From: an uncultured Lentisphaeraceae bacterium
GTDB lineage: Bacteria; Verrucomicrobiota; Kiritimatiellia; RFP12; DVOR01
Assembly (NCBI GenBank): GCA_949288955.1
Contig: CASEMS010000010.1
Span: 33,696 to 97,695, forward strand
Direction: 5' to 3'
Length of the DNA stretch: 64,000 nucleotides
The notes below the pieces were generated by a model. The model was not told where the DNA came from and did not search any database. It saw only the letters and a program-made list of their open reading frames with translations. Made by a program: the position numbers and the translations under genes. The first letter of the stretch is position 1, and the number at the start of each line of letters is the position of its first letter. This document shows positions 34,782-44,607 of this stretch, in pieces.

Positions 34782-36131
34782 TCACTCCCTGCCCACCGCA
34801 AGGACACGAAAGCCCAGCCGTTGGAGGGCGCGGTGGTCAAGGAGATTGCGCGTGTCGAAAAGCAGCGCGGGCTTGCGCATGGAAGCGTGGATGCGCGCCC
34901 AGTCAAGGTCGCGGTAGCACGGCCATTCGGTCATAAGCAGGATGGCATCGGCACCTTCGGCGGCAACGTAAGGATCTGGCTCAAGGGTAACGTGCGGGAG
35001 ATGGGCAAGGTCACGCCGGGCGTTGGGGAGGGCCTTGGGGTCGGTGACGACGAGCTGGGCGTGCTCCTCGGCCAAGAGGTTGGCGACGGTGAGGGAAGGT
35101 GTCTCGCGGGTGTCGCCGGTGTTGGCCTTGAAGGCGAAACCGAAGAGCGCAATCCGCTTGCCGGCGAGGGTGTTGAAGAGGGCCTTGACGGTGCGGGCGA
35201 CGATTCGGCGCTGTTGCTCGGCGTTCATGCGAATGACGCCTTCCCAATAATCCGCCGCCGCATCGAGGCCATAGGAGCGGCAGAGATAGACGAGGTTCAG
35301 CACGTCCTTCTTGAAGCAGGAGCCGCCGAAGCCAGGGCCGGCTTGGAGGAACTTCGGGCCGATGCGGCGGTCGAGGCCGATGACGTGCGCCACCTCCGAG
35401 ATGTCCGCCCCGGTCGCCTCACAGAGGGAGGAGAGGGCGTTCACCGAGGAGATGCGCTGCGCCAGCATCGCGTTGGCCGCCAGCTTGGAGAGTTCGCTCG
35501 ACCAGACATTCGTGGTGATGATACGCCGCCGCGGCACCCACGCCGCGTAAATCTCCACCAACGCCCGCACCGCCGCCCGCCCCCGCGCCGTCTGCGGCCC
35601 GCCGATCAGCACGCGGTCCGGGTTCAGCAGATCGTTGATTGCCGAGCCCTCCGCCAGGAACTCCGGGTTCGAGAGCACCGTGAACGTGTGCTCCGGGTGC
35701 GTGTGCAACACCGCCGCCATCGCGTCCGCCGTCCGAACCGGAAGCGTCGACTTCTCCACCACGATCTTGTCGCCGTTCGCCTCCTGCGCGATCGTCCGCG
35801 CCGAAGACTCCCAGTATTGCAGATCCGAGGCGTAACCCGCCCCCTCGCCAAAGGTCTTCGTCGGTGTGTTCACCCCCACAAAGATGATGTCGCACGCCTT
35901 GATTGCCCCCGCGATGTCCGTCGAGAAGAAGAGATTCTTCCCGCGGCACGCCTTCACCATCTCGTCCAACCCCGGCTCATAGACTGGCAGACTGTCCGAG
36001 TTCCACGCCGCGATCCGCTCCGCGTTGATGTCCACCACCAACACCTTCCTATCCGGGTTCATCTTGGCGATCACCGCCATCGTCGGCCCGCCAATATACC
36101 CCGCCCCAATGCACGCAATGTCCCGCCTCAT
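34782..36131 (-). CDS. ugd: UDP-glucose 6-dehydrogenase
   Basis: MRRDIACIGAGYIGGPT (Rossmann) ... GFGGSCFKKD (catalytic Cys) ... GFAFKANTGDTRE; 449 aa of the long (eukaryote-like) type. High GC, native. Confidence 0.9.
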   Translation of the reverse strand: MRRDIACIGAGYIGGPTMAVIAKMNPDRKVLVVDINAERIAAWNSDSLPVYEPGLDEMVKACRGKNLFFSTDIAGAIKACDIIFVGVNTPTKTFGEGAGYASDLQYWESSARTIAQEANGDKIVVEKSTLPVRTADAMAAVLHTHPEHTFTVLSNPEFLAEGSAINDLLNPDRVLIGGPQTARGRAAVRALVEIYAAWVPRRRIITTNVWSSELSKLAANAMLAQRISSVNALSSLCEATGADISEVAHVIGLDRRIGPKFLQAGPGFGGSCFKKDVLNLVYLCRSYGLDAAADYWEGVIRMNAEQQRRIVARTVKALFNTLAGKRIALFGFAFKANTGDTRETPSLTVANLLAEEHAQLVVTDPKALPNARRDLAHLPHVTLEPDPYVAAEGADAILLMTEWPCYRDLDWARIHASMRKPALLFDTRNLLDHRALQRLGFRVLAVGRE

Positions 36132-36137
36132 AGCGAA

Positions 36138-37643
36138 TTATCGACTCCGACACATCTTAGAGTCCACAAAACACCTCTGAACCATCGCAGTCTCCGGCGG
36201 CATAGACCGCTGCCAGATTCTTGCCCAACGCTCCTTCCGTAACCTTGCCGCATCTAGTGCTAATCCCGTGAACACCAAAGCCCACATAATTCCGCCCATA
36301 CCTGTCATTGAAAACATTGAAAATTCACCAAGATTGGAAATCAAAATTACAAGCAAAACCGCACCCGTCGAAACTGCACCTTGAGATATGAATGAACAAA
36401 AGGCAATTATCAAGAATATAAGAAACAAAACGAAACCCAAGATCCCGCCTTCCTCAAGAATAGCAGTTATCCATACCCCTTTTTCAATCGGTGCGGACAA
36501 AAGATCCGTAATCGAGTTAATTTCTCGGTGTTCCATTCCCTTTGACACTTGGAATCCATTACCAATAACTGGACTCTCACTAAAGTTCTTCAAAGCCTCA
36601 TCCATCAATCCCTGACGCGTTTTAAGAAGTTCTTCCGAGGTAATTTCTAGTTTCGCATCCTTTGCTACATATTTCAGTGCAAATCTCGCAGTAGCCTCTC
36701 GTATCTGTGGACTAATCGAAAAAACAATACCCCCTAAAAGAAAAAGACCAAACAACACTGTCTGCACCTGTACCTTCCAAGTTGTTCGGGTCTGTTTGGA
36801 GAACGAGAAACACATCCCGACAAAACACATTCCTGCCACATAAGTTCCCATCGCAGTTCGGCTTGAAGAATAATAAATTAAAACAGGGATACCCAACAAT
36901 AATACAGAATAAACAATATCCCACCGTTTTAAGACAAATAATAAATCGGCGAAAAGGATAACGCTTGTTGCCGCCAAGAGTGGCCCGAGGGCTTGTGGAC
37001 TATTTGTAATTCCAGTAAACAAGCCCATCGCAGAAACAGGCAATCCCATTTCTATTGCTTGCTGTGCACCAACTTTTGCGATTCCAGGAAATGGGATTAG
37101 GCACAGCGATCCTACAACCCAAAATATAGCAATCGCCAAAACAATATTACGTAACTCTAAGGCCTCTTCCCCTCCCGCAATATAAACCTTTGAAACACTA
37201 AAAAACGCAATCAATGTAATAACAAAAAGGAAGAGTTTTAAATAACTTATCAACGGAGACCATCCCGCACACGAAACAACACCCATATAAACGCAATATC
37301 CGAATAATGTGAAAAATGGCGTCAGCAATGGACTACGTCGAACACTGAGAGCTTTTAAGCCCATAACGACACTCGCCAATAAATAAACAATTCGATTCGC
37401 AAATGAAAATACTACATCTTTCGGTGCGATAAATGAATTCGCAAAAGTCAAAACCCCTGTAAGTAACAGACAAAAGAATATACCCCGCATACTGTTCTTC
37501 ATCAATGCTCCAATGAGCACAAGAAGCAATACAGCAAAACCTGTCCCTCCCGTCGCTTTCATTATTCCGCACAATAAAATTATTGCGAAAAGATACCAAG
37601 CGACCTTTTTAGGTTGATACGCAGTGTTTACCATCTTCATCAT
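36138..37643 (-). CDS. Wzy-like O-antigen/EPS polymerase (O-antigen ligase superfamily, ~11 TM)
   Basis: A polytopic membrane protein with the large periplasmic loop typical of Wzy/WaaL. Low GC (~45%), so the compositional break falls right at the ugd boundary. Confidence 0.55.
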   Translation of the reverse strand: MMKMVNTAYQPKKVAWYLFAIILLCGIMKATGGTGFAVLLLVLIGALMKNSMRGIFFCLLLTGVLTFANSFIAPKDVVFSFANRIVYLLASVVMGLKALSVRRSPLLTPFFTLFGYCVYMGVVSCAGWSPLISYLKLFLFVITLIAFFSVSKVYIAGGEEALELRNIVLAIAIFWVVGSLCLIPFPGIAKVGAQQAIEMGLPVSAMGLFTGITNSPQALGPLLAATSVILFADLLFVLKRWDIVYSVLLLGIPVLIYYSSSRTAMGTYVAGMCFVGMCFSFSKQTRTTWKVQVQTVLFGLFLLGGIVFSISPQIREATARFALKYVAKDAKLEITSEELLKTRQGLMDEALKNFSESPVIGNGFQVSKGMEHREINSITDLLSAPIEKGVWITAILEEGGILGFVLFLIFLIIAFCSFISQGAVSTGAVLLVILISNLGEFSMFSMTGMGGIMWALVFTGLALDAARLRKERWARIWQRSMPPETAMVQRCFVDSKMCRSR

Positions 37644-38701
37644 AGATCCTCTTTTACCTTACACGGCATATATGACAGCCGCTTCTGCACATTAGAAAAA
37701 CAGTTGCGTATAAAACAAATAAAAGCAAAGAACAAACACATACTTCTAGGAAAACTCCATGCAAGACGAATAATCCAATAACTTTCCCAAATGTCTTTAT
37801 TGCCTACATAACGACCTATTAATTGACTTGAGCATATGCGATAAAGATCACGAATATTTTGAATCCGATTCTCTCCCATTGCTAACGGTGCCCGCATGGC
37901 ACTTAAAATCAGATTACGCGTATTTCTTATAATCCACATATTCCACATCATCTCTGAAGACATCACACCATAACGCATAACCATTTCTCGTCGAAATCGT
38001 ATAACTGATAGAAAGTCAACCATATTCTGCCGCTTGTAATTGCGTACAGACGACTGAGCATTAGGCAAATAGTGATACAACCCCTCATGCAGAAGCCCAA
38101 GACGCGTTACTTTTTCAAATAAGTAAAGATTCAATATCATATCATCGAACATCAAGACCGACATCTCTGCAAAACGAGAAAAGTCGTAAGTGTTTTTATA
38201 AAGTTTATCCCAAACAAAGACAGCTCCCTGCCCACAAAACAACCTTGGCCACACATATTCCTTAAAAACTTGTTCGCGTGTTAAAAAAAGTTCTGGCTCC
38301 ATGTATACGCCATGGCACGAATCGCATTGTACAATTTCCAATTTATTCTGAACCGCAAACGTATACAAACGTTCATACATGGTGGATTCAATGAAATCGT
38401 CTGCATCCACGAAACCAAACCAAGAAGAATGAATACGACGTAATCCCATTAAGCGAGCTAAATATCCTCGCTTATTACGTTGATGAAGAACATGTACCCT
38501 TGAGTCTGCCCGAGCTAACACATCAGCGATTTCTCCTGTTCCCTCATCAGAACCATCGTCCACAATCCAAATTTCTATAGCCGGATAAGTCTGACACAAA
38601 ATAGAATTAACCGAACGCGTTAAAAAATGCCCAACGCGATATGCAGGCACTATAACCGAAATTGTCTCTGCCTTTACCTTTTCTGCTCTACACAAACACA
38701 T
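37640..38701 (-). CDS. Glycosyltransferase family 2
   Basis: ISVIVPAYRVGHFLTRSVNSILCQTYPAIEIWIVDDGSDEGTG...FVDADD is the GT-A DxD-type N-terminus. Low GC. Confidence 0.75.
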   Translation of the reverse strand: MCLCRAEKVKAETISVIVPAYRVGHFLTRSVNSILCQTYPAIEIWIVDDGSDEGTGEIADVLARADSRVHVLHQRNKRGYLARLMGLRRIHSSWFGFVDADDFIESTMYERLYTFAVQNKLEIVQCDSCHGVYMEPELFLTREQVFKEYVWPRLFCGQGAVFVWDKLYKNTYDFSRFAEMSVLMFDDMILNLYLFEKVTRLGLLHEGLYHYLPNAQSSVRNYKRQNMVDFLSVIRFRREMVMRYGVMSSEMMWNMWIIRNTRNLILSAMRAPLAMGENRIQNIRDLYRICSSQLIGRYVGNKDIWESYWIIRLAWSFPRSMCLFFAFICFIRNCFSNVQKRLSYMPCKVKEDL

Positions 38702-38702
38702 T

Positions 38703-39800
38703 TCAAGCCTCTTCGATTTGCGCCATTAATACTTGTGCGATGGCACGCCAGGCATATCGGTTCAACGCCAAAGCCCGCCCGCGACGACCGAACTCATCCA
38801 ACTCCGAATCCGAAGCCATCAAAAAACGCCCCAAAGCCTCCGCCAACGCCTTCTCGTCCAACGCGAAGGTCTCGCCACACCCCTTCTCGTGCAGAACCGA
38901 CCAAGGCGTGGCCTCAGAGGCCAAGACCGGCAAACCAAAACCCAACGCGTCCGGGACTACGCCCCCGAAGTTCTCTGTGTAGGACGGCAGAACCAACAAC
39001 CGCGCCAGACGATAGGCCGCCTCCTTGTCCGCACCATACAGCGGCCCCGTGAATGTAACATCCGCCTCTGCGAAGTTTTCCAGCTGCGCCCTCTGCGTCA
39101 CCACCCCCACCTGCTGCGCCAAGCGCTCCAGTTCCCCCATATGCCCGGCCTGATCGGGGCCCACGCACACCACGTGCCAATCCCCGAGCGCATACGACTG
39201 CTTGAGGCGCGCCCACGCCCGAATCAGCAAATCCAACCCCTTCACGGGATAAATGCGCCCCACGAAGAGCACCACGTGCCGCCGCCCCGAAGAATCCGGC
39301 GCCTCCTGCGGTGCGACCGTCCCCAACGGCGCTTCCGCGATCCGATTGCGAAAACCCAGATCCCGAACCCACCGAGCCTCCTGCGCCGACGTCACGTGAA
39401 GCGTCGACACCCCCCGCAGCGCCCACCGCTGATACAACCACCACGGCGCCATCTTCTTCCACCGCTTATGCGCCATCGCCCACGGCGCCAACATCCCGTG
39501 CGGCGACCACACCGCCGGGACTTTATGCAGCTTGGCCCACAGGAAGGCCCGCATGAGCCACGGATCCCACAACGCGTGGATGTGCACCACCTCCGGACGC
39601 CACCCACCCGCCGTCACCCCGCCGATGCCCCCCACGAAAACGCGCACCCGATCACCGACGGGATAGAAATCCTCCCCCCGCCGCCTCACCAAAAGGCGGC
39701 AGTCATGCCCCATCCCAGCCAATTGGCGCAACACCTCCCCGCAAAAGACGGAGGTGCCAGCGGCCCTAGCCATCCCTGTAATCACATGCAAAATCCGCAT
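38703..39800 (-). CDS. Glycosyltransferase family 4 (GT-B)
   Basis: MRILHVITGMARAAGTSV... with the C-terminal ...LVLPSYTENFGGVVPDALGFGLPVLASE (the E-x7-E-like GT4 motif). High-GC segment inside the island. Confidence 0.75.
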   Translation of the reverse strand: MRILHVITGMARAAGTSVFCGEVLRQLAGMGHDCRLLVRRRGEDFYPVGDRVRVFVGGIGGVTAGGWRPEVVHIHALWDPWLMRAFLWAKLHKVPAVWSPHGMLAPWAMAHKRWKKMAPWWLYQRWALRGVSTLHVTSAQEARWVRDLGFRNRIAEAPLGTVAPQEAPDSSGRRHVVLFVGRIYPVKGLDLLIRAWARLKQSYALGDWHVVCVGPDQAGHMGELERLAQQVGVVTQRAQLENFAEADVTFTGPLYGADKEAAYRLARLLVLPSYTENFGGVVPDALGFGLPVLASEATPWSVLHEKGCGETFALDEKALAEALGRFLMASDSELDEFGRRGRALALNRYAWRAIAQVLMAQIEEA

Positions 39801-39883
39801 ACCCCACACTATAGCACATTTTGGTTCCTTTCATCCGAATCATTTGTTATACTCACGACAGTTACCAACGAAGGATTTACGTT

Positions 39884-40519
39884 ATGGCCCTTGCGAAACT
39901 GTTACTGACGATTACTTTATCCACGCTGGCACTCGTTTCCGCCCGAGCAGTCGCCATGCCTTGGACACTTACCAATTTCGACTATCTACAACAAGCCGAC
40001 GAATCGCAACAACCTAGCGAATCGCGCCCAATCTCTGGTGTACAGATTCCCTCTTTCAACCTTTCCCTCTCCGACCTCTCGACTTCGGGCGATATGCAAC
40101 TCGCCTCCCAAACGGTCGTCCTTGAAACGGTTCTTATCGCCATGCGATCAGCCGGGCCAGACAAATTCGTCCCGGAGCGACTCATCCTCGCCCAAAAAGA
40201 TGGCACGCGTATTGCTGCCGCGACTGCCACTCCCACCTCACAAACCGTCACGGTTTACACCAGCCCCACGACGACTACCACTTGCAACGTGTGGGCATAT
40301 ACCTTTAGCGGAAAATTGCCAACGATAAGTACCTCCATCGATTACGATCTCATTTTCGCCACTAGCGATTGGTCTATTTATGAGACCTCCAAGTTTCGCG
40401 ACGACCAAACTATTCTCGCTCGAAACATCGCTGACGAGCCAAACATTGAGAACGCCATCTGGGCCCCCTTCATCCTGACAAGCGGCACATATACACCCCC
40501 CCCCCAGTGGCGCACCTGA
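39884..40519 (+). pseudogene. PEP-CTERM-type secreted protein interrupted by a C10 homopolymer; the +1 frame continues to 40580 encoding PEPTALSLLALGVALTFLRRR
   Basis: A signal peptide MALAKLLLTITLSTLALVSARAVA leads a Thr/Ser-rich body of ~48% GC. The C-run at 40496-40505 is followed by TGA at 40517. With 9 C instead of 10 the ORF reads ...TPPPSGAPEPTALSLLALGVALTFLRRR* (stop 40578-40580), a textbook PEP-CTERM sorting signal. The tail DNA is ~70% GC. Confidence 0.6.
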
Positions 40520-40565
40520 GCCGACGGCCTTGTCCCTCCTCGCCTTGGGGGTGGCCCTCACCTTC

Positions 40566-40626
40566 CTCCGCCGCCGCTGATCCACTTGGATCAGCGGCTC
40601 GTCCGAGGTGGATCAGCCGCCGATCC
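40566..40626. repeat. 22-bp REP-like family, locus 6
   Basis: gctgatccacttggatcagcggctcgtccgaggtggatcagccgccgatccgac. Confidence 0.7.
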
Positions 40627-40646
40627 GACCCGAGCAAGCCGCCATC

Positions 40647-40684
40647 GCAAAAAAGGGCCCCCGACGCTTCCCGCGCCGGGGGCC
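40647..40684 (-). terminator. Rho-independent terminator for the acyltransferase gene (minus strand)
   Basis: On the minus strand, GGCCCCCGgcgcgggaagcgtCGGGGGCC is followed by cttttttg. Confidence 0.55.
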
Positions 40685-40710
40685 ACCTTTCATCATCCAA
40701 GCCTATCCGC

Positions 40711-41772
40711 TCACAGCGTCCCATCGAACACCCGCATCAGCCTCGGCGCGATCCTGCGCCCAACCCGATGTGCCAACACACAAAGCGCCGTGCCAAACAA
40801 GACAAAAATCAGGCATAGCATCGTCAGCACTCCTGTTACACGGGGCAACAATGGTGCCACCGTGTGAAGCAAGGTGGAGGCAAAAAGGAAGTGTCCGGCA
40901 TAGACGAAGAACGCTGATGGAGCCAACCATTCCTGAATCCACCGAGCCGTGAGCAACCGTGTCAGCGGCTTCGCCACCGTCCATAGAAGCGGGATTGTCA
41001 ATACCGTCAACGCCGTCGTCACCACTGGAGGAAGAGTGCCGACCATGGCTTTGACCAGAAACATCCCCACCATCGCGGCCACGGAAATCGGCAAGAAGAC
41101 CATTCGATGCCTCTGAAAGAAGGCTGGGGCGTCAAACGAGCGAGCCGCCATGCCCCCTCCCGTTATGAAGGCAATCGCCGCATACGCCGGATAGGTCATC
41201 TTCAACGCCTCCGCCTGACCAGGGAAAAGTGCCGTCGCACCAACCAGCGCCACACACAACATCGCCAAACCCCACGCCGGGACTTTCCTGAACACCCAGT
41301 CAAGCACCGGCGCGAAGAGTGCGAAGACAAACAAGGTGCGGACGAACCACAGAGGCCCATCGATTGGGTGGATGGTCAAAGAGACGATTTTGTCCAAACA
41401 GCCCGACCATGTGTCCAGCCCAAATTGCGCAACGCGCGTGGCCAAGCGTGGCACCACCGCAGCAAAAGCCAAGTAGACCACCACGAACAGTACATTCCAC
41501 GCCAAATAAGGGACTGCCAGGCGCCGGACACGCGACCAGATCTTCCGCCCATACTGCGCATTCGAATAGTTGCGAAAGAGCAGATAGCCAGACAGGAAGA
41601 ACAACGTCGGCAGAAGCACCGGAGCGAATCCACCACACAGGAAACTCCAAAACCAATATTCCGCGCCCTCATGGCGAACGTATTGGAAAGCCGCCGACGC
41701 ATGTAACAGCACGACGAGCAGATTGCAGAAAAGGCGAACCGAATCGATTTCGGCTGAACGTTTCGTAGTCAT
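40711..41772 (-). CDS. Acyltransferase family 3 (OafA/OatA-like polysaccharide O-acyltransferase), 10 TM
   Basis: EIDSVRLFCNLLVVLLHASAAF... is an integral membrane protein with the Acyl_transf_3 N-terminal signature (R/H in TM1). Confidence 0.65.
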   Translation of the reverse strand: MTTKRSAEIDSVRLFCNLLVVLLHASAAFQYVRHEGAEYWFWSFLCGGFAPVLLPTLFFLSGYLLFRNYSNAQYGRKIWSRVRRLAVPYLAWNVLFVVVYLAFAAVVPRLATRVAQFGLDTWSGCLDKIVSLTIHPIDGPLWFVRTLFVFALFAPVLDWVFRKVPAWGLAMLCVALVGATALFPGQAEALKMTYPAYAAIAFITGGGMAARSFDAPAFFQRHRMVFLPISVAAMVGMFLVKAMVGTLPPVVTTALTVLTIPLLWTVAKPLTRLLTARWIQEWLAPSAFFVYAGHFLFASTLLHTVAPLLPRVTGVLTMLCLIFVLFGTALCVLAHRVGRRIAPRLMRVFDGTL

Positions 41773-41773
41773 T

Positions 41774-43027
41774 TCACTCCTCATAATCGTTTTGCAGAAC
41801 CTCTATCTCCTGCACCAAACGCAACAAGGCCTCCGCCGCACACTCGGCCGTCCATTCGCCGATGGGGACGGACGGGATGGGCGCACGGAGTTTTTGGGCG
41901 AGGGTCTCGACGTCGCCGGCGCGGAAGAGGTTGCTCGGCGGCAGGAGCGTTGCGCCGGCGCCGGATTCCACCGTCGCCAAGACGCGCATACCCTCCTCCA
42001 AAGCCTCGCTCACCACCGCGCCCCACCCCTCGTAGCCGTTGCTGGGGAGCACGTAGACATCGTGCGCGCGCATGAGCTCGCGCACCTGCGCCACGGGCAC
42101 GAAGTTATGAAAGCGGATAGTGTCGCAGCCCTTGGCGAGTTTGCGCAGGTGCGTCTCCTCCGGGCCATGGCCATAGAGATCCAATAAAATCCCCTCGCGC
42201 TTCAAATCCGGGCGCGGGCGGCACGCCCGCGCCAAATCCCCCACGCGCTTCAAATCAAGCATCCGCCCGACCCAAAGCGCCGCGGGCGGATGCTTGATTG
42301 GAAGCGCGTGAGCCCCCCCCTCCCCCCCACGGGAGGCGCCCCGCCCCGGCGCCACGAAATAGCCCCACATCCGCAATTTCGCGAACACCCCCTTGGGGCG
42401 TACCCGCCCCCATCGCTCCCGCGGAATCTGCGCGAACCCATGTTGCTTGGCGAAAGCAACCGCCTCCGCGTCGAGCACCCCCTCCGCAATCGCCTGCCCC
42501 AACGGCACCACCACCCCACCCGGCCGCGACTCGAACACCACCTTCGGCGCGCGGAAAAAGCACCGCCAATCCCCCGCGAAAAGCCCCAACACCCGCGCCA
42601 TGTCCCGCGCCGCGTGCACCCCCATCGGCAGGCAGAGGAACCCCGGCGCGCGCACGCACCGCGCGAACCGCCGCGCCATCCGGAAGTATGAGGGCACCAA
42701 AAGCCGCAGGAACCCCAACGGCGGCTTAAACCACCGCTCCGCCGCATAGAACGTCGCCTTCCCCGCCGCGTTGCGCCGCTCGAAAAGCCCCAACGCTCGG
42801 AGCCCCGACAGCACACAATCCGCCTCGGCTAACGCCGCGTCCTCCATCGTCCCCTGCACGCACCACGTCGGCACCGCGTCCCCGCCCCACCCCATCCGCG
42901 TACGCTCCCCATGCGCCGCCTCCGTGTGGACATAGCGGTAATTCGCCTCCCCCACCCGCCGTACCAACGCCTTCGCCAACGGCACCTGATGCGGCGACAC
43001 CACATTCGTCAACAACGCAATCTTCAT
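41774..43027 (-). CDS. Glycosyltransferase family 4 (GT-B)
   Basis: MKIALLTNVVSPHQVPLAKAL... and the C-terminal ...VYVLPSNGYEGWGAVVSEALEEGMRVLAT. High GC. Confidence 0.7.
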   Translation of the reverse strand: MKIALLTNVVSPHQVPLAKALVRRVGEANYRYVHTEAAHGERTRMGWGGDAVPTWCVQGTMEDAALAEADCVLSGLRALGLFERRNAAGKATFYAAERWFKPPLGFLRLLVPSYFRMARRFARCVRAPGFLCLPMGVHAARDMARVLGLFAGDWRCFFRAPKVVFESRPGGVVVPLGQAIAEGVLDAEAVAFAKQHGFAQIPRERWGRVRPKGVFAKLRMWGYFVAPGRGASRGGEGGAHALPIKHPPAALWVGRMLDLKRVGDLARACRPRPDLKREGILLDLYGHGPEETHLRKLAKGCDTIRFHNFVPVAQVRELMRAHDVYVLPSNGYEGWGAVVSEALEEGMRVLATVESGAGATLLPPSNLFRAGDVETLAQKLRAPIPSVPIGEWTAECAAEALLRLVQEIEVLQNDYEE

Positions 43028-43111
43028 ACGAGCCCGCACCGTTCCTTTCCGCTTGACTTCGCACCAAGACTCGACAACTGTAGAATGTCAATAGATGTAA
43101 AACCGACTCCA

Positions 43112-43618
43112 TCAGCGATAACGCTTTCGTACCTCCGCAGGCACGCCTGCAAGTAAACAATACGACGTGGTAATTGACTTCGTAACAACCGCGCCCGCCG
43201 CCACCAATGTCTTCTCCGGCAACGACACGCCTGGCAAAATCACGCTACGCGCCCCTAACCAACACCCATCACCAATCGAGACCGAGGCAGAGGTTCCTTT
43301 GCCCCCAATATGTTCCCCTTCGACATCCACCGAATGGCTACCGGTGAACATCATAACTGATGGGCCCAAATCAACATGATTCCCAATGCGAATTTCCCCA
43401 CTCCCTGCGGCGGACAAATAACAACCAGGCCCAATCCACACATCATCGCCAATCGTTATTTCTCCTGTCCCATTGAAAATTACGGAAGCCGAAATCCGAA
43501 CGCCCTGCCCAATGGTTACCCCACACCAAGCCAATAACTTCGTTCGAAATCCAAAACAACGAGTCTCTGGCAACATCCTATTCAATAGATTATAAAAAAA
43601 CAACCGATTTGTTCTCAC
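43112..43618 (-). CDS. Hexapeptide-repeat (LbH) sugar O-acetyltransferase
   Basis: Multiple [LIV]GxxxxI hexapeptide repeats (ITIGDDVWIGPGCYLSAAGSGEIRIGNHVDLGPSVMM...). Low GC. Confidence 0.65.
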   Translation of the reverse strand: MRTNRLFFYNLLNRMLPETRCFGFRTKLLAWCGVTIGQGVRISASVIFNGTGEITIGDDVWIGPGCYLSAAGSGEIRIGNHVDLGPSVMMFTGSHSVDVEGEHIGGKGTSASVSIGDGCWLGARSVILPGVSLPEKTLVAAGAVVTKSITTSYCLLAGVPAEVRKRYR

Positions 43619-43632
43619 GTCGTCTCTTTCTC

Positions 43633-44589
43633 TTATTTCCCTATTACCTGAATGACATTCAAACGTTTCTCCTCTCCGGCAATTGGAATCAACTCATGCC
43701 CAGCGCCAACCTCTCCGACATATCGCCCCGGCACAGGAACTTTCTCTTTTGCCCCCATCTGTTTCCACATATATTCCACATCAACATGCCCTGCATCAAT
43801 TGCCCAAAAACCTGCTTTGCACAAATCATAGGCTAAAACCGTCGCTGTCGCCCCCAATGCCAACAAAATTAGTCGGCCCTGGGCATATTTCTTTGTTGTC
43901 TCCAATATTTCGTCATAAAATGTATAGGCGTTGAAAGGAGGGCACCAAAGACGCATAGTTGATTTCGCGCCATCAAATAAATCATTTCCAACACCAAGAC
44001 GTGAAAAACGCCCTTCAACGATGAGGAGATCGCGCCCTTTCACCAACTCTTTCCATAGGTCAAAAACAGTCCCATCAGTGACGCCACATGCAGGACACTC
44101 TTGAGATGGTCGTGAAATACAAGCATCCCCATAAATCGCATGAGAACAAAACAACGGCAAACATTTCTCCCCTGTTCTAAACAACGTGTCTCGCCAAAAA
44201 CGTCGAGCCTGCAAATTGAAATGATCCATTGACCCAAAAATATTAGGGATTGCGCAAAGGCCATCATTCACCGAATCCCCAATGATTTCACGCAATCGCT
44301 TCCCGAGCTCTAAGTTCACACATTGTGAACCCATTCGCTTCCCAAGCATCATTCTGAATTCCCCATCCCCATATCGCCAGATACTCTTTCGCTCATGGAT
44401 AATCTTCTGTAATGTATCTGCGATCCCCAACACATTCGGAGCATTATCCCGAAATTTCTGCCCAGTCTCGTAATAAAAATTACGCTCTAACAAATCCAAC
44501 TCATTACGGATTTGCTCTATCTTCTTCCATAAACAAATAGAACGCTTAATTCGTCCAAGAAGATGTCGAACTCTCCAATATAACGTCAT
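43633..44589 (-). CDS. Putative GT-D-fold glycosyltransferase (DUF1792-like)
   Basis: WRYGDGEFRMM... and the overall ~320-aa architecture resemble DUF1792/GT-D proteins from capsule loci; the assignment is from memory and tentative. Confidence 0.35.
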   Translation of the reverse strand: MTLYWRVRHLLGRIKRSICLWKKIEQIRNELDLLERNFYYETGQKFRDNAPNVLGIADTLQKIIHERKSIWRYGDGEFRMMLGKRMGSQCVNLELGKRLREIIGDSVNDGLCAIPNIFGSMDHFNLQARRFWRDTLFRTGEKCLPLFCSHAIYGDACISRPSQECPACGVTDGTVFDLWKELVKGRDLLIVEGRFSRLGVGNDLFDGAKSTMRLWCPPFNAYTFYDEILETTKKYAQGRLILLALGATATVLAYDLCKAGFWAIDAGHVDVEYMWKQMGAKEKVPVPGRYVGEVGAGHELIPIAGEEKRLNVIQVIGK

Positions 44590-44607
44590 AAACTACTCCT
44601 CTATATC

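Noticed and set aside
36138-36250. Possibility that the Wzy-like gene is truncated or fused at the island boundary
   Set aside because: The last ~35 codons become GC-rich, but the ORF is continuous and stops 7 nt before the ugd start. There is no clear evidence of disruption, so it was left as a single CDS.
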